DNA of 57,488 nucleotides, the filler included, from Platydemus manokwari (Eukaryota), in assembly GCA_037951405.1 (NCBI GenBank). It is 4 parts of 4 records of this genome, joined end to end, with 100 filler letters (N's around TTAATTAATTAA, not from the genome) between each part and the next. Parts side by side here need not be neighbours in the genome. Positions count along the whole stretch, not along the records: positions 1 to 19,342 come from JBBMOY010022236.1; positions 19,443 to 38,468 come from JBBMOY010133343.1; 2 more parts are not named here. One strand, given 5' to 3'. Position 1 is the first letter of the stretch; every line of letters starts with the position of its first letter. Below are positions 14,129-28,795 of the stretch, piece after piece. Position numbers and translations under genes: made by a program. The notes beneath the pieces were generated by a model. It worked only from the letters and a program-made list of their open reading frames with translations, was not told the DNA's origin and ran no database searches.

Positions 14129-14347
14129 CGATAATAACGTCACGGGAAATAACTCCTTCGATAATAACGTCACGGGAAATAACTCCTTCGATAATAACGT
14201 CTCGGGAAATAACTCCTTCGATAATAACGTCTCGGGAAATAACTCCTTCGATAATAACGTCACGGGAAATAACTCATTCGATAATAACGTCACGGGAAAT
14301 AACTCCTTCGATAATAACGTCTCGGGAAATAACTCCTTCGATAATAA
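14129..14347. repeat. 30-bp minisatellite, 7 copies plus a partial
   Basis: Unit ataataacgtc(a/t)cgggaaataactccttcg starting at 14131, 14161 ... 14311. No spacers. Confidence 0.97.
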
Positions 14348-17300
14348 ACGCCCTCGAATCAAGATAAATGAGGAAATATAATTATTAAAAACACCAAATA
14401 ATCAATTGATGAATTAATTAATAAATCTATAATTCTAGTTTTCATCAATATAATCAATTTTGTTCCAATAAAGTACCAAAAGCAATTAATTAATTCGAGA
14501 AATAAATCACAATTGCAAAAAATTTTTAATTATAAAACATTATGGAATCTCCTTGACAACCAGATCAGTTCTCGTGGCAACACACAAAAATCGTATTAAA
14601 TAATCTAATTGGTATGGCATTATAAAATTGAGCTAATCACAATTTAATTATCCAAATATAAATATGCACACGAAAGAAAGACCAATTATTATAAAAAATT
14701 GATAGAAATTTCATTAACAGCATATTTAGTTACCTCGGCTCAAGCACCTACAGACATTTTAAACATCGAACCCCCTTTACAATTTAATTTAATCCATCCT
14801 TGCATCGTTCGAGCTCGTAGAGCAGTTAATTAATTGGGTATTTCTATCAAATATCAAATTAGCATTTTCTCATAAATTTGATTCCATGCAAAAGTGAATT
14901 TCTTTTCTTGATATTCACGGGTAAAATTTCTCGTGAGGGGAACACCTTTTCGTAATCGTTACTGAAGTGTTTCACGCGAGAAAAACATTCACCGGGTATT
15001 GACCTAGCCAGGCAGCACTTAATTCCAGTCGAGTATTTTGTCAGAACTGGTTTGAAAATCTAAAATTTTACACAATTATTGATGTCATTTATGATTGGTT
15101 CAATAAATTGTCGTCATTGACAACACAACCTGGTCAACATTTAAGAGTCAAATATTTGTCGAATCAAACTCAACGAATAATTAGTGATAAATTTATCTAA
15201 TCATTCATTGGTGTAAATATCGATAATCGATTATTGATAAAAGTTTGAATTTCAATTCCATGAGCACAACATACGATCCCACAAATAATAATAATAATAA
15301 TAATTCATTGGTGGAGTCAGTATTGCGAATGAATTTGTGAGTATCAACATCCATGGACGAATTATAAATAATGTGACCCATTAACGTATCGAATGGAATC
15401 CATAATGAATATGTTTATAAATAATTGTTTTACTGCTATTATGAGGCTGTGTTAAAAATATTTATAAAACTAAAATTGTAAAAAATTAATCTATTTCGAT
15501 ACACTTCCTTAAATCCCATCAACTATTATTTGTATCTCACAGCTTCTCGTAACGGATATCGATATTTTGAAAATCAGTGCTCAACTCAATGAAGAACATG
15601 TGTTTTACGTGAATCAGATTTAGTTATAATTTATAAAAATATTAAACAGATATTTGTGATTTCTTTTAAAAAGCTTTTTGCTAAAGTGATATTATTAATA
15701 TATAATGATAATGTAATAATAATATTATTAATTATAATTTTAACATTAAATAATTATCATTGTAACCATAAATTATTATTACGAGATAATGACAAGATAA
15801 TTATAAAATGTCACAAATATTTTGTCATCAACATCTGTGAGTTTGTACTCGATTATGTGAGATGAAATGACTGTTCATTGGGTGGCTCCATGGTGTCTAT
15901 TAAAACAAATACAAAGAACGCAATAAAAGTAGTGGCAAGTTGTGATTTACACACAGAGAAGCCAGCATGTTATTTCTTATCGCCTCTTTTGTAAAAAACA
16001 TATTTTTTGTAACCCACTAAACGACTGTTAGGATTCATATAAGAAAAGTTTATGAGTCGTGTTGAGAAGTATCGAACGTGACCATAAAGATATTGTCATT
16101 AGTTATATAAATAAAATAATCAAGTTCGTAATTAGGATCATCAATAACTAGGATCCGAAATGAGAAAAAAGAGCAAATTGATTAATGAACGATAAATTTC
16201 GAATGATTAAAGCGACATTGCTGTTTGCAACCAAAAATGCACATAAAAGGAAGCATTTTCGCTATAATAAATCGCTCCATTCTGCAGCAGACATTTCTCC
16301 ACGAAATGCATTGTTTTGATTTCATTTCTCTTTGTTTTTTATGACATCTATGAGGTGCGTTCCGGACAGGTTAATTTGTTTTTTCTCCACCGTTTCATTG
16401 GTTTATTTAAAGATCTTTAAGCCATAATAACAACTGATAAATGAGAAACAAATTAATTGCGTATCGAAACAGATCCGATGCTGCCATATTCCATAGCAAC
16501 CAGATATCTCAAATTATACAGCTACCAAATGATTCCTTTAATTATGTTGCTATCAACTTTTCTCAACTGTAATTACTTTTCAGACTGGCATGTTCAAATG
16601 TGAATCTCGTTTTTACAACAGATTTTTATGAAAGAATTAATTTATCGAATGAAAATGAATATTCAAGTATTTCATTTCCGATGGAATCCACCATATCTTC
16701 TAAATCCTGAGAATATTTTCATCAATATTTATTTATTCATTTTCAATCCACACACACACACACCCACCCATCTCATTAAATAACTTGATTGTTGAAAAGC
16801 GAAATTAAAAATATTAAAATAAATATTCCGGTTAAACATATTATAACAAAATTATCTGTGGAAACTTCTTTGCCACACAATTTCTCCCAGAACAAATATA
16901 AACCCTTGTTGTTGTTTATATTTTATTTATTATTATTGATATTTTATTTTTATCAAACCACCTGATTTCTAGATTTGATTGATGATTTCATGTCTGCTTG
17001 CAAGCCAAATTCGACATTGACAGTTCAGTGTGATGAACTAGTTATTCTGTGTTCTGGAATAATAAATGTTTCGAGGATAATATTGATGACGCAATGTATG
17101 ACAAAATGAATAATAATGTGGCCCGATTATTGGATCATTGATCAGTTGTTTGTTATGATCCTCACTATTCGATAAAAACTGTCCACACAAGCACATATAA
17201 TGATGCCATTAATAACGCCAACGTGAAAATTAATTGATATAAATTAGTTTTCCCGGCTATCGTCGAAAGATGAAAACATTTTCCATGAAAATAAGGAATA

Positions 17301-18288
17301 ATTATTACAAAAAATTTAAGAGAAAACATACTCTAATCAGGTGTTGCCAATCATTCTGTGCCAACACAGACACAATTTGTTGTGAATGCATGCATGCTGG
17401 CACAGACACACAGATGCCAGCACACACGTACACTTGATCTTATTGGACACTGGCATGTGCATCTTGATATGACACTTACGTCACTGTTGCCATTATTGAT
17501 GGCGGCTGTCTGTGAATATTGGAATGCTATTTTCTCAGTTTGTTTTCACGGACACCACGAATTATTATAATTGGAGATTGGATTTCTATTTTCATTATTC
17601 TCTAATGAATTTCTTCGCGTTTTTTCTAATTCTTCTGGTGGTCGGTAAGATTTATTTAAATACATTATAATGAATATTTTTTTATGTTATTATTGTCGGA
17701 GATGGATATGATAATGATCAAGTGGTTATCATTGACATCAAGCAGAACCATAGATTTTCAATTTTATCATCTATGTGTTAACCATCAGTGACCGATAGTC
17801 TTGTAATAAAATGTTATTTTAAATTTATTGCTGTTTTTTGGCGGGTGTTCAGATTTATGGCCGTCATAGCGCTTTCATGGTTGATAGATTAAAATAATTG
17901 ATTTGTTACCATAGCAATTGTATTGAATAACACATTTCAGACCCGTTACAGAAATATCACTATAATAATTTTTCGATTCTCAATTTCGGATTCGTTCCTT
18001 CACAACACACCGATGGCATGTGATCAAAGCGCGGTGTAATCGCCCTATTATTGCAACTCTAATTGATTTGATAATATGATGTAAATTGCTGTTCTGAAAT
18101 TATGCTTTTGATTGCGTCATCAAGAGAATATCACGTCACAATTCCATGAATAATATTTAAGAGATTCTCCTTATAGATTGACATTAAATACTCTAAATGA
18201 CTCCCAGAATTCATCAGATTTGTCATATTAATTTCTCAAACAGAATATTTCTTTCATAATTCATCTCTAACTCCATTTTTATTAACAG

Positions 18289-18677
18289 AAACCAAAACAA
18301 ATGTCATAAATAACTGCCCGGAAAATTATCATTGGGATGTTGAACTGGCCATGTGTAAGCAATGCGATCCAAATATGGTGTACATCACAGAATTACGGAA
18401 ATGTCTGCATTTATCTGATGCTCAAAAGAGCTGCAAGAAAGGCTTTAAATTTGACGAATTAGAAAGAAAATGCTTGGGTAAAATGGAGAAGAGAGATCAC
18501 TTGTGATGAGATATTGATGAATATTGATTGTTTCAGATATTGATGAGTGTAATCAGGTGATATATCCATGTCAGAAAAATGAATACTGCAGAAATCTTCC
18601 AGGAAAATTCATATGTATTGTGAAACATTATTGTGGACAAGGATATGAGTTTGATACCGTCACTGAGACCTGCAAGG
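18289..18677 (+). CDS. Two internal exons of a fibulin-like calcium-binding EGF-repeat protein (partial gene)
   Basis: Symmetric phase-1 exons 18289-18477 and 18537-18677 with AG/GT borders. They encode ...SCKKGFKFDELERKCL-DIDECNQVIYPCQKNEYCRNLPGKFICIVKHYCGQGYEFDTVTETCK, matching the cbEGF consensus DIDEC...CxNxxGxFxC. Other exons were not identified. Confidence 0.8.
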
Positions 18678-19163
18678 GTAACTAATAGCTATTATGTGAT
18701 ATTGTATTTTCAATTCTTAAATTTTTCTCTACTGATTTTCTCTTTAAGAGATTTAATTGATTTATTCCTGACAACCTCTATTGTCATGACAATTTCTAGA
18801 CAAGTATTACCATTTATTGATTTATAATAGAAAAATCAATAATCAATAATTCATCAATTATTCTCATTCTAAAATGTCTTGTAGAATTCTATAAATTATT
18901 TAAGATTCGTGGCAACAAAATAGAGAAATTATAATTTATATTCAACTCAAATAAAGGGTTGTCTACTCCCTATTCAGGTTGTCAGATCGGCATGGTAACA
19001 GGAGAAATTAATCTCTCCAATTCAATAAATGTTACAGATGTCAGAGATTTGTAGAAAATATATCATTTATTTATTTTTATAAACAATAGTTTCTGTACTT
19101 ATTGATGTGTTGACAACAGATATAAGACATCAATATTTCATTTGATATCGATTAGTGTTTATA

Positions 19164-19164
<1 letters not shown>

Positions 19165-19230
<66 letters not shown>

Positions 19231-19442
19231 TCTCTTATTATAATCATCATTCGACTATTTTCTTCTTCTTTTTATTATATGAACTATTATTCAAATAATT
19301 ATTATAAAGGTTTTTATTACAGGGATAATAATAATTATTATCNNNNNNNNNNNNNNNNNNNNNNNNNNNNNNNNNNNNNNNNNNNNTTAATTAATTAANN
19401 NNNNNNNNNNNNNNNNNNNNNNNNNNNNNNNNNNNNNNNNNN

Positions 19443-19517
<75 letters not shown>
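19165..19517. repeat. (TTA)n / (ATA)n microsatellites flanking an assembly gap
   Basis: Pure runs at ~19165-19230 and 19443-19517. Confidence 0.85.
19343..19442. other. Assembly gap with artificial TTAATTAATTAA six-frame stop spacer
   Basis: 44 N + TTAATTAATTAA + 44 N. Identical structure at 38469 and 48452. Confidence 0.95.
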
Positions 19518-20742
19518 TCCAATTCATATTAGAACAGCTAAAAATCTATAATAAACGTCTGGTTTTAGCGAATAATATCATTCATTGAACAGTAACATAT
19601 AAGGTAAACGTGGTAAATATTGTTGATTAGCGTATTAAGCACAGCAATGGGGTGTATTTATGAAAGATGGTTTGTAAAAAGTTAGAAAACTCTGGAAATT
19701 TGTCATTATTTTTAATTGTTTATCTTTGCAACCAAAATAATTGTGAAGCGATAAAATTACGGTTATGTAGTTATAGTATTTTAGTTACGGTTACATATAC
19801 AGAGTGTATGTTTAACGCTTGCTCTCGTATCTCGTAATTAGAATCACTTATACATGGAGTAGTTTCTAAGCCGGTTTTTCCAGATCAATTATAGGACCAG
19901 GGCACTATTAAATTGACCACTATTAAATGGTTGCACCCCATCGAATTATTGAATAGAGTATGATAATAAATAGAACAGTTTGGTATTACTATTAATGAGA
20001 ACCTATAGGTCAAAATGAGTCGGATGCAGAAATATACCCACTTAAGTATGACTACCAAACCTAACAATAATAATAGAATTAGAGGCTAACTTTGTGGCCA
20101 CACATTTAGATTCGATTTTAAGAAGATCAATGACGTTAAAATATAGGTGAGAGTAAGATATAGAGTGGAAATGAAAATAGTGATGGAAGAAATAGAAATT
20201 TTATATGATTAATATCAAGAGAATTTGATAGAGATAGTTAAAAATACATAGCAAATCAAAATAGTAACCAGCTTACAAGTATAATAAAAAATTATAATAA
20301 TAATAATTATTATTATTATATTGTTATTATAATAACGTGATGTCTATAAAGTTTGATTAGTCGACTTTTATCATTTTACATTCATTTTAATGTTAAACTA
20401 ATGGATAGGATTTTGAAATAATATTGTTTGATATCAAAATCGGTGATCATTTATCATGAGCTGTTCTGACAATTTCAAGGAATTAGTTTTCCAATAAAAG
20501 GGTTTATTACTTGCTGGTATTTTAGATGAAATAGAATGAAATTTGATTTCAATGTGTTGTTTTTATTGGAGCATATTTGTAACAATTTCAATGATAGTGA
20601 TTTTGTTAAATGAATACCCAGTAATTATTTGGTAGACATTTGAAGAAATCTGAATTACAAGACGAACAATTATATGGTTTGAAATGTTTTATGAGGTCAC
20701 CTAACAACACTGAAATTTGGAGAATTTTGTTCATTATTTGTT

Positions 20743-20902
20743 NNNNNNNNNNNNNNNNNNNNNNNNNNNNNNNNNNNNNNNNNNNNNNNNNNNNNNNNNN
20801 NNNNNNNNNNNNNNNNNNNNNNNNNNNNNNNNNNNNNNNNNNNNNNNNNNNNNNNNNNNNNNNNNNNNNNNNNNNNNNNNNNNNNNNNNNNNNNNNNNNN
20901 NN
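20743..20902. other. Assembly gap (160 N)
   Basis: Run of N. Confidence 0.98.
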
Positions 20903-23900
20903 CACGATTGTTATTATTAGTAGTAGTAGGATTAGTATTAATCCTCATGAGATCAATAAATAATGAATTAATCAGGTTGAAGTTTGCCACAAATTTCGTT
21001 CGGAGTTCTCTTAATTTCTAATATTGATTGAGATAATTTGAAAACAATATTTTCAATCACGATCCGGAAAATGTTCAAAGTCCTTTAAAGTTTTGCTTTT
21101 TGATGGGCAAACAAAATCTTTTTCACTTCTGTTTTTCTTAATTATTTCGAGTTTAATTTCAAAGAAAAATAAATTTAAATATGATTTCAAATACGTTGCA
21201 AGTGTATTGTTATGTTGTAGTCTTTCATGCTATGTTATCAGTAACACCTCAGAAACAAAACCAGCAATGATAAGACCTAACTGTACATATTGACCAATCA
21301 TAAACAGAGCATGTAGAAACGAATAGATACTGTCATTGAAATATTTTCTCCCAGAAAACAGAGATTAATCCTGAAGAAACCTTTGGCAATATCAAGACAG
21401 AACAAAACAAGTAGAGCAAAACAACTAATATGTTCAACAATATGATAATGTGATTTCGGCTCCAAAACAAACGTGCTTGATCATAAAAACCTTATTAACC
21501 CAAAACCATAATCAAATTAGGAATATATTCCTTCCCTTGGATTAATTGTTTTTCATTCTATCGAAGGTGAAATTATAAACATTTCTTAACTCCGAATCTG
21601 AGTAAAAATACTTCTCATTCTATTATTGACTATAAAAATCGTGGACTATAAAGTCCAATCTTTATCATTGAATTGTAAACAATATCCTACTGATAAACAT
21701 CAGCAATAAATGTCAGCAAATTTTAGTTACCCAAAACTAAGATTTTGTTTAAGTTGAATCAATGATAATGGACTACAGTAATAGAAATAACGATAACCTA
21801 ATACTAATTATCTATAGAGAATTGTAACAATTTATTTTTTGAATGTTTGTTCGTCCCAAGCATCAATAAGGTGTTTTATGTGAGGAGATCAGACCCGTGA
21901 TATATCCAATGACGAATGTTATGGTTTGGGGTGATCAACGTATTGACGTTAATTTTTCCATTATGCATTTGGATATTGGAAACGCATCATGTTTCATTGC
22001 GTCCACTTTTCTTGAAGTAAGGCTCCTTATGGATCATTGTACTTCTCTTTTTGACAGTCTCTTTCGAATAAAGGAGTGTGTTTTTTCTTAATATCGATGT
22101 ATGCATAGTATAAATGTGGGCACTTATATCTTTCCTCTATATGAATATTGTCTCGACTGGATTTTGATATTAATGTCACCGGTAAGGCTGTGAATACAAT
22201 TCTTCCTTTCAGTGCTATGTCGTCGCAATTGTACATCTACTATGCATGATACCTATCAATTAAGATAGCTTCATCTGGGGGTGAAAGAATTATGGGAATT
22301 TGGGTTATTGTGGTTGCACTTGTTCTGCTTTTGCGATATGCACAAAGTTTTGGAATAGCCAGGTGAATTGACTATCTATTGGTTATGTATACGATTACGG
22401 TTCTTCTGGGAACTTTATGTTGTTAAGTAGATTGATTTAACTTATAAATACATGATATTAATGGCCATTCTGTTCCATATAAGTATGGAAATTATTGATG
22501 ATAAGTGTGTCTAGCGAGTAACTCTTGAATTACTTTTAGAGAAAGTTCTAAGACCGAGTATGTTGCTATGTCCCCTTTCATCAAGGTTATAAATATTATA
22601 TTTAAAATTTTAGTCAATTATTGATTCTTTTTGACGAGGTCTAGTGTAGTTTTGGACTGATTTTCTCTGGGATGTTCTAAATTGATATTTCTGAAATATA
22701 AGCATAGTCATTCATTCTACTCTTTCAACGAAAATTCGTAATCAAAGGCATCTGACTTCAATCATTGAATAAACCAATATATATCTTTATTGGTAGATTA
22801 ATAGACGAGACTAGTTTTGCTTTATAATGCCTTTTCCTTTTTTCAATAAAGTCAAATATTTCCTCATTAGTCGATCGTCGTCTGTGTATGGATAGAGTTG
22901 AATATCCACCACATTGTAATCTGTTTAGCTACGATTATTTTTAACATAACACCATTGTTGCATGGTGATTGTCATATTTTGATTTAGTTTTCAGTCTTCA
23001 AAGACATGTTTATTTGTAACAACAGCTTTACCTGTTATTATTTTATTGGAGTACAACCATATTTTATAGTAATTTCAAATTTATTCGGCTACATGCATAG
23101 TAACCCAAAATTCTGATCAATTTTATACTTCTCCTTGAGCTTTGTGTGTTAGTAGGATGATTGTCCTCCGAGAGTCTAATATTGTTTCGATTATCATTAA
23201 TTTCTTTTGTGATATTCCTCTTACTTTTAACGTCGGTCTTCATGTACCCAGATAGGATACGATTTATCTTTCCCCGCTGATCTTATTACCAAATTTGTGT
23301 CAGACGTTTTTAGTACAGCGGCTTATGTGGTCGTATTAGTTTTGTTTAAATCACTCTTTTACAGGTTTTATTCTCTATCGAACTCTTGTCACCAACTTTT
23401 ATTTGATGATCATTTCGATTTCTATTGTAGTACTCTTTGACTTATTCCTGACTATATTTGACATTTAGTTCAGTTATTTTCCATGTCTCGGGTTATTTTT
23501 CTTTCATTAGAACAACTTATTTATTAAATATGTTCATGGGTTGGGGTGGTTCATTATTTGTTAACTGATCCTATGAGGGCTTCAATAGCTCGTATGAGGA
23601 CGAAGCTGTCTGAATCTAACTGAAAATGGACTAAAGGTTCAAAACTATAATTATTAACTGTTACAGTAAGAAATCGAATGTCTTGCTGTAACCAGTTGAT
23701 ACACTATATGACGAAATAATAGATTGATGATTAATTAACGATGACGAAATAAATAAGAATATTAAGTTAATTTATGAAAATGTTTATTTATGAACAAATG
23801 TTTATGATGAACAAAATACAATTAACAAAAATAACAACGAAGAGATGTGGTTAAAATATACAGTACAATACGAAAGTAGGTTGTTTTGTGATATCAAAAG

Positions 23901-25499
23901 TACTGGATACCAAAAAGAGATTAAGAGGAGCTATAAAACCACACAAATTAGATAGTTAAGTTAAACTAAGTTATAATTAATTATGCGACGCCAAATAGTT
24001 ATTATAATCAATGAAACTTGCACTTACGATTAAACTCGGATTTTTCAAAGAAACGCATTGCTCGTCACACAGATATCGAAGTCGAATGTCAAGTTTTTTT
24101 GGTGCGTTTTTAAATTATTATTTTTTTCTTGTGTAGTGTTTTCGTTGGTGCAATTTGTATGATTGACGCCATTTTTTATTCTTTATTGAATATTTATTCC
24201 ATACGGTTTTTCGTCATAATGGCCGTTACTATATTTATTTTGTTTTGACATATATTTTATTTCTTTGTTATATGCCTTTTTTCAGATAAAATCAGATATA
24301 ATAAAATATTATCTGTTACTATTTTTATTTCTTTTGCTGTTTTGATCCGGTATCTTTTCTTTCGGATCAGGTAAAACTAAATGTTTTATTCTAACTTCAG
24401 AAATTGTACTATTATTACTGCAGGTATTATTACTGTCACTATTGTAATTGTTATTGCTGTTATTATTATCATGTTTATTATTATTCATATTATTATCATT
24501 ATTCTTTCTTTCTTATATTATAACTATTTCTACTGTTGTTATCATCCTATTGCTATGATTTATTTCTAACTGTTCACTATTATTGCTATTGTGATTTTGC
24601 TCCTTTGTTTATAATTTAATTTTTGATTAACATTGCTCAACCATGTGTCGCTATCTATAACCTCCATCTTCCGCTTTACAAATTAAAAGAAAGAATGCAC
24701 AATCACAGGAGAACTATTTCACAAAACAAAGATAGTTAAAGTGTTTAGAAATTAATATCAAATTGAGGCATGCAATATCAGGAAATAGGTTATTGTTTAT
24801 ATTGGAGTATTTGTTGGGATTGGTGAATGAATAATCGAATAATTGTTGAATAGCAAATCGGATAATTATTGAATGAGATGACTCGGGAATTGCTACTGTA
24901 GAGTGGGAAATGCTCTAGTTAAATTTGGGTGTCAATTGATATTGAGTTTGGTTTGAAGATTGAAGAGGGCTCTTGGCTTGGAAATTGATTAATTGTTTTT
25001 TCGATATTGTTTCAATTGGGATTAGTTAGATGTTTTGTTGAATAGTGGATGTTCTCAATATTGTTTCGATTAGGTGTATTCGAATTATGGTGAGAATTGA
25101 TTTAAAAATTGGTTAATAGACGGGCGGTTGGGTTGTAGGATTTGTCAGATGTTTCGATGAGATTGTATTGTGGAATTGAATTAGGTTGGAAATTGGTTTG
25201 ATGTTTTTGATATTTTTTTTGTTCGATAGATTCTATCCTCTATATTCATGTGTTCTGGTTGAATAATTAAATCAACTTATATGTTACAATCTCTACGATA
25301 AGTGAGAAAGAAATGAGTATATCTGTTAAGTTCAGCCCTTATAAATTTATTTGTTTTACTAAGCTTAATCCTATTTCATACCACTACTGACTTAATCAGT
25401 CTCTTAGAGTTCTTGATTAAGGCCACAGGTGTAATATACCTTATATTGTTGTTCTTTCACCTCGCACAGCTTTATTGTGTGATGACAATAGGTGTGGCA

Positions 25500-27235
25500 A
25501 TAGGGATACGTTTAATTAACTTAATTATCAGTTTCAAAAATAATTAACCCTATTTAAACTATTAACTATATTTTCTTTCACAATAATTATGAACTATGAT
25601 TAAGAAAAAAAACTAAAACTTTTATGCTACAAATATTTATTAAATATGACATCAATACTAATTAACAAACATAAAACAAATAAAATAAAAGATTAATGTT
25701 AAACTACACTATACATAAAAAAACGTTTTCAAGACTGCTTACAATTTCAAGATGATAGCGGTTTATACCTCCTTCTCTTGGATTAAAACCGATTACCAAA
25801 GATGTTTGAGCAACAAACTCTACAGTATGAAATACAAGATACCATATATAATATAGATTAGTATTTTACAGGTACGGTCTTACTTTGGGTATTCCAGCAA
25901 ATGCCGGGCATATACACGAAAATTGATCTTCAGCATCTGATGATCTTCTTCTGTGCGTCGAATGAAAATTTGAATGATGGTTCTTCTCCATTTGATGTAA
26001 CGTCTTCTATGGAATCGTGGCAGCAAAAATAATGGCAGTAATATTGAGTCTAATAGTGTCGATGTTATTTGAAATCACTGCCTTATATAGGCAGAGAATC
26101 ACTCGCAGATATTGTCTGCGATTAAATTTAATGCCACTTATTTTATCGATATAATTTATTCACTGGTGAGAGAAATTCTCCCTGAATAAATTTATTAGGC
26201 AGAGAAAATATCCCTCGATTAATGTAATCGAGTGATATATTTTATTCTGCTATAGAATTTTCATGCGCAGAAACAGATTATAATTTATTTGTCACTGTTA
26301 GTAAGCGATAGTCTATTACGTATTAATATTTTATAAATTAACTTATTATTTTTAGGGAAAATCGATGGATTTGATATTGGTAATTTTATTGGTATTATAA
26401 TTTTACATATATATAAATAATTATTTACATAAATATCAATATTTCAGAATAGTTGTTGCTCAAAAATCCAAGAGAAGTAAAATCATAAATACACATGCAG
26501 ATTAAATAAAAATTAATACAATAAAAATTAATACACATTTTATACGTACTGTCGTGCAAATGTTATACACATATTTTTCAATGTAAATTAATTGTTTTAA
26601 GTAACTAGTTGGGCCATAACCCCAACATAACCTGTAGTTTCGTGCACAACATTCCGTATAATGAAATGAGCACGTCCTAAAAGTTTCGAATCGTATTAAC
26701 GCACGATGTAAGCATATTGTGTAATGTACCATTAATGCTTTAAATCAGTTCGTCAGTTTGTCGTTAGCATGGAAGTGTTTAATTTGGTTTATTGAAGATA
26801 ATTATATATTTCTGTGAGTGTGCTGCTTAGAAATTCGGTCACTGTCATTTTGTAACTTGTAAGCCTTTTAGACTATATTGACTTGCTAGATTTCGTATGC
26901 TTCTAGTGTGGCCCCGGCATTTTCATTATATTTTCTTTTCTGTAACATATTGTCATGTTGTATCATTTGAATTTAAGAGCCTATCTGATTGATCTCAATA
27001 CTGTATTTCTGCATGGTAAAAGCCAATTAAGGAAACTGTTATCGGTATTCACGTGGATTTCTTGTCCGTAGATATAAGTTCTAAACTTTTCTATTGCGTG
27101 CACTATTGCTAGTACCTCGAGTTCTAATATTGCGTAGTTCTTCTCGTGAGCTTTTAATATTCTATAAACGTATATGATGATACTATTGTTATATCAATGG
27201 AGTAGCTACTGGCATCTGTCATGATTAAAACATAT
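25500..27235 (-). mobile_element. Internally deleted Ty3/gypsy remnant: RNase H, integrase fragment and LTR
   Basis: Minus strand LIMTDASSYSI...LKAHEKNYAILELEVLAIVHAIEKFRTYIYGQEIHVNTD..LNWLL (27235-26930) closely parallels RNase H at 42760-43100. Decayed integrase follows at 26850-26640, then a TG-starting LTR from ~26627 with a TATA (cctatataaggcag, ~26085). The left end is uncertain. Confidence 0.75.
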
Positions 27236-28795
27236 TATGAATGAAATTACATTTTCGGTATTTAGATTCGTATATGGAAGTGATTTTAAATTTATTTCGA
27301 TAAATAACCATCTTAAGCCTGTATATTTCGGTTAACTGACGACAATAATTCACATAAGAGTCGTGGTATTTTATTAACTGTTGAGAATTCAAACGATAGA
27401 TGATAAATTGCTAATTTATTTTTACTCCTCATTATTGGTAACATCCTCGAATTCACCACCGAATTAGTTTCGATTAATGTTTGACTTGACTTAATATTTA
27501 TTGATGAGTCAAAGGATTACATATCAGAATAATCTTTGGTGAGCTAAATATATTATTAAATTTTATTGCATTTATTAAAAAAATAAAAATAACTAGAGGA
27601 TGTGTAATAAGGTCTTTCATTTGGTTGCCCAGAAAACAAAGTAAAAATGGTGCTTAATTATATCATATAAAATTATAATTATAAATAATAACTTAAATCA
27701 TAATATTATTAGAATAACAAATATTTAAAATTACTTGAGATAAAGATTTAAAATATACTTAAAAGTTTCAATAGATCAAAGTTAAATAAATGGAAACATA
27801 AATATTTAAAATATTTAAAACTAGAATCTATAATTAAAATATTTTTACAACAATTTGTTCAAGTTTCTTTAAAAATCTTATTCTAATCGATCTGTTAACT
27901 TTTTATTGGTGAAATGATATTGGTATAGATAAATAGATGATTTAACTTTAACTAACACTGAAATAATTTTGTAAATTAATGGACCAATAAAAAATAAGCA
28001 ACTTAAAGAAATAAATCTAAAAGGGTTCATCCAGCCCATGATAAATGTATTGTTAACAGTGTTTTGGGTACCACGAAACAAAAACCTATGAGAGTTAAGA
28101 GAATTTCCCCCAATCGGTAAACCGATAAAACGACATTTGGGCCAAAGTCTAAATTTATCTCTTGGAGTTAATTATCGATTTGAAAACTTGAATATGAAAC
28201 TAAATAAATATTTGTTATTACACTAAATGGATCAACAAATATCTTGGTAAATTTGATTTATATAAACAAAAAGATTATTAAGCAAAATGATACCAATCCG
28301 CCCTTTGGGATATCAATTAAATTATTATTATAATCTATTCTTTTAAAATCATTAAGTGTAAATGTAATTCTTGCGAAAATTTTATCATTTTGAAAATGTT
28401 ATCGAATGAGATAAATTGTACGATTATTTGTGTATGGAATTTTATGACTCAGTTAAATTTCAATGAAATAAATAAAGGGTAAAATACTTCAACAATTAAT
28501 ACATCTAAAACTCACGCTGTTGAATTTGACAAAAACTTTTTAGTAACACAAACTCAATAACTGTGATAATTAAGCGTGACGAGTATTTTTGTTTAAAATA
28601 TATCATTGTTTGAAATTATAAATCCTGAAATGATTTAAGCTCCAATTAATAATTATAATTATAATAAAATACCATTATATTTGAAATTTCCTTTCGTATA
28701 ATTCTTAAATCCATGTCATCCATAATTACTAAATATAACAACAAAATCCACATCTTTTGAATTGATTAATAAAAATTTTTATTTTACCACGTCCA

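Noticed and set aside
14120-14362. CRISPR-like array or repeat-protein ORF
   Set aside because: Head-to-tail repeats without unique spacers, no cas genes, eukaryotic context.
20606-20990. ORFs spanning X runs
   Set aside because: Artefacts of the N gap.
21850-24050. Possible very old minus-strand LTR-retrotransposon relic (YSVLEL, FPYLYG fragments)
   Set aside because: Motifs are too short and decayed to call without an alignment.
27878-28320. 67-aa ORF and a PIGKP-like motif suggesting a polymerase remnant
   Set aside because: No supporting neighbouring motifs.
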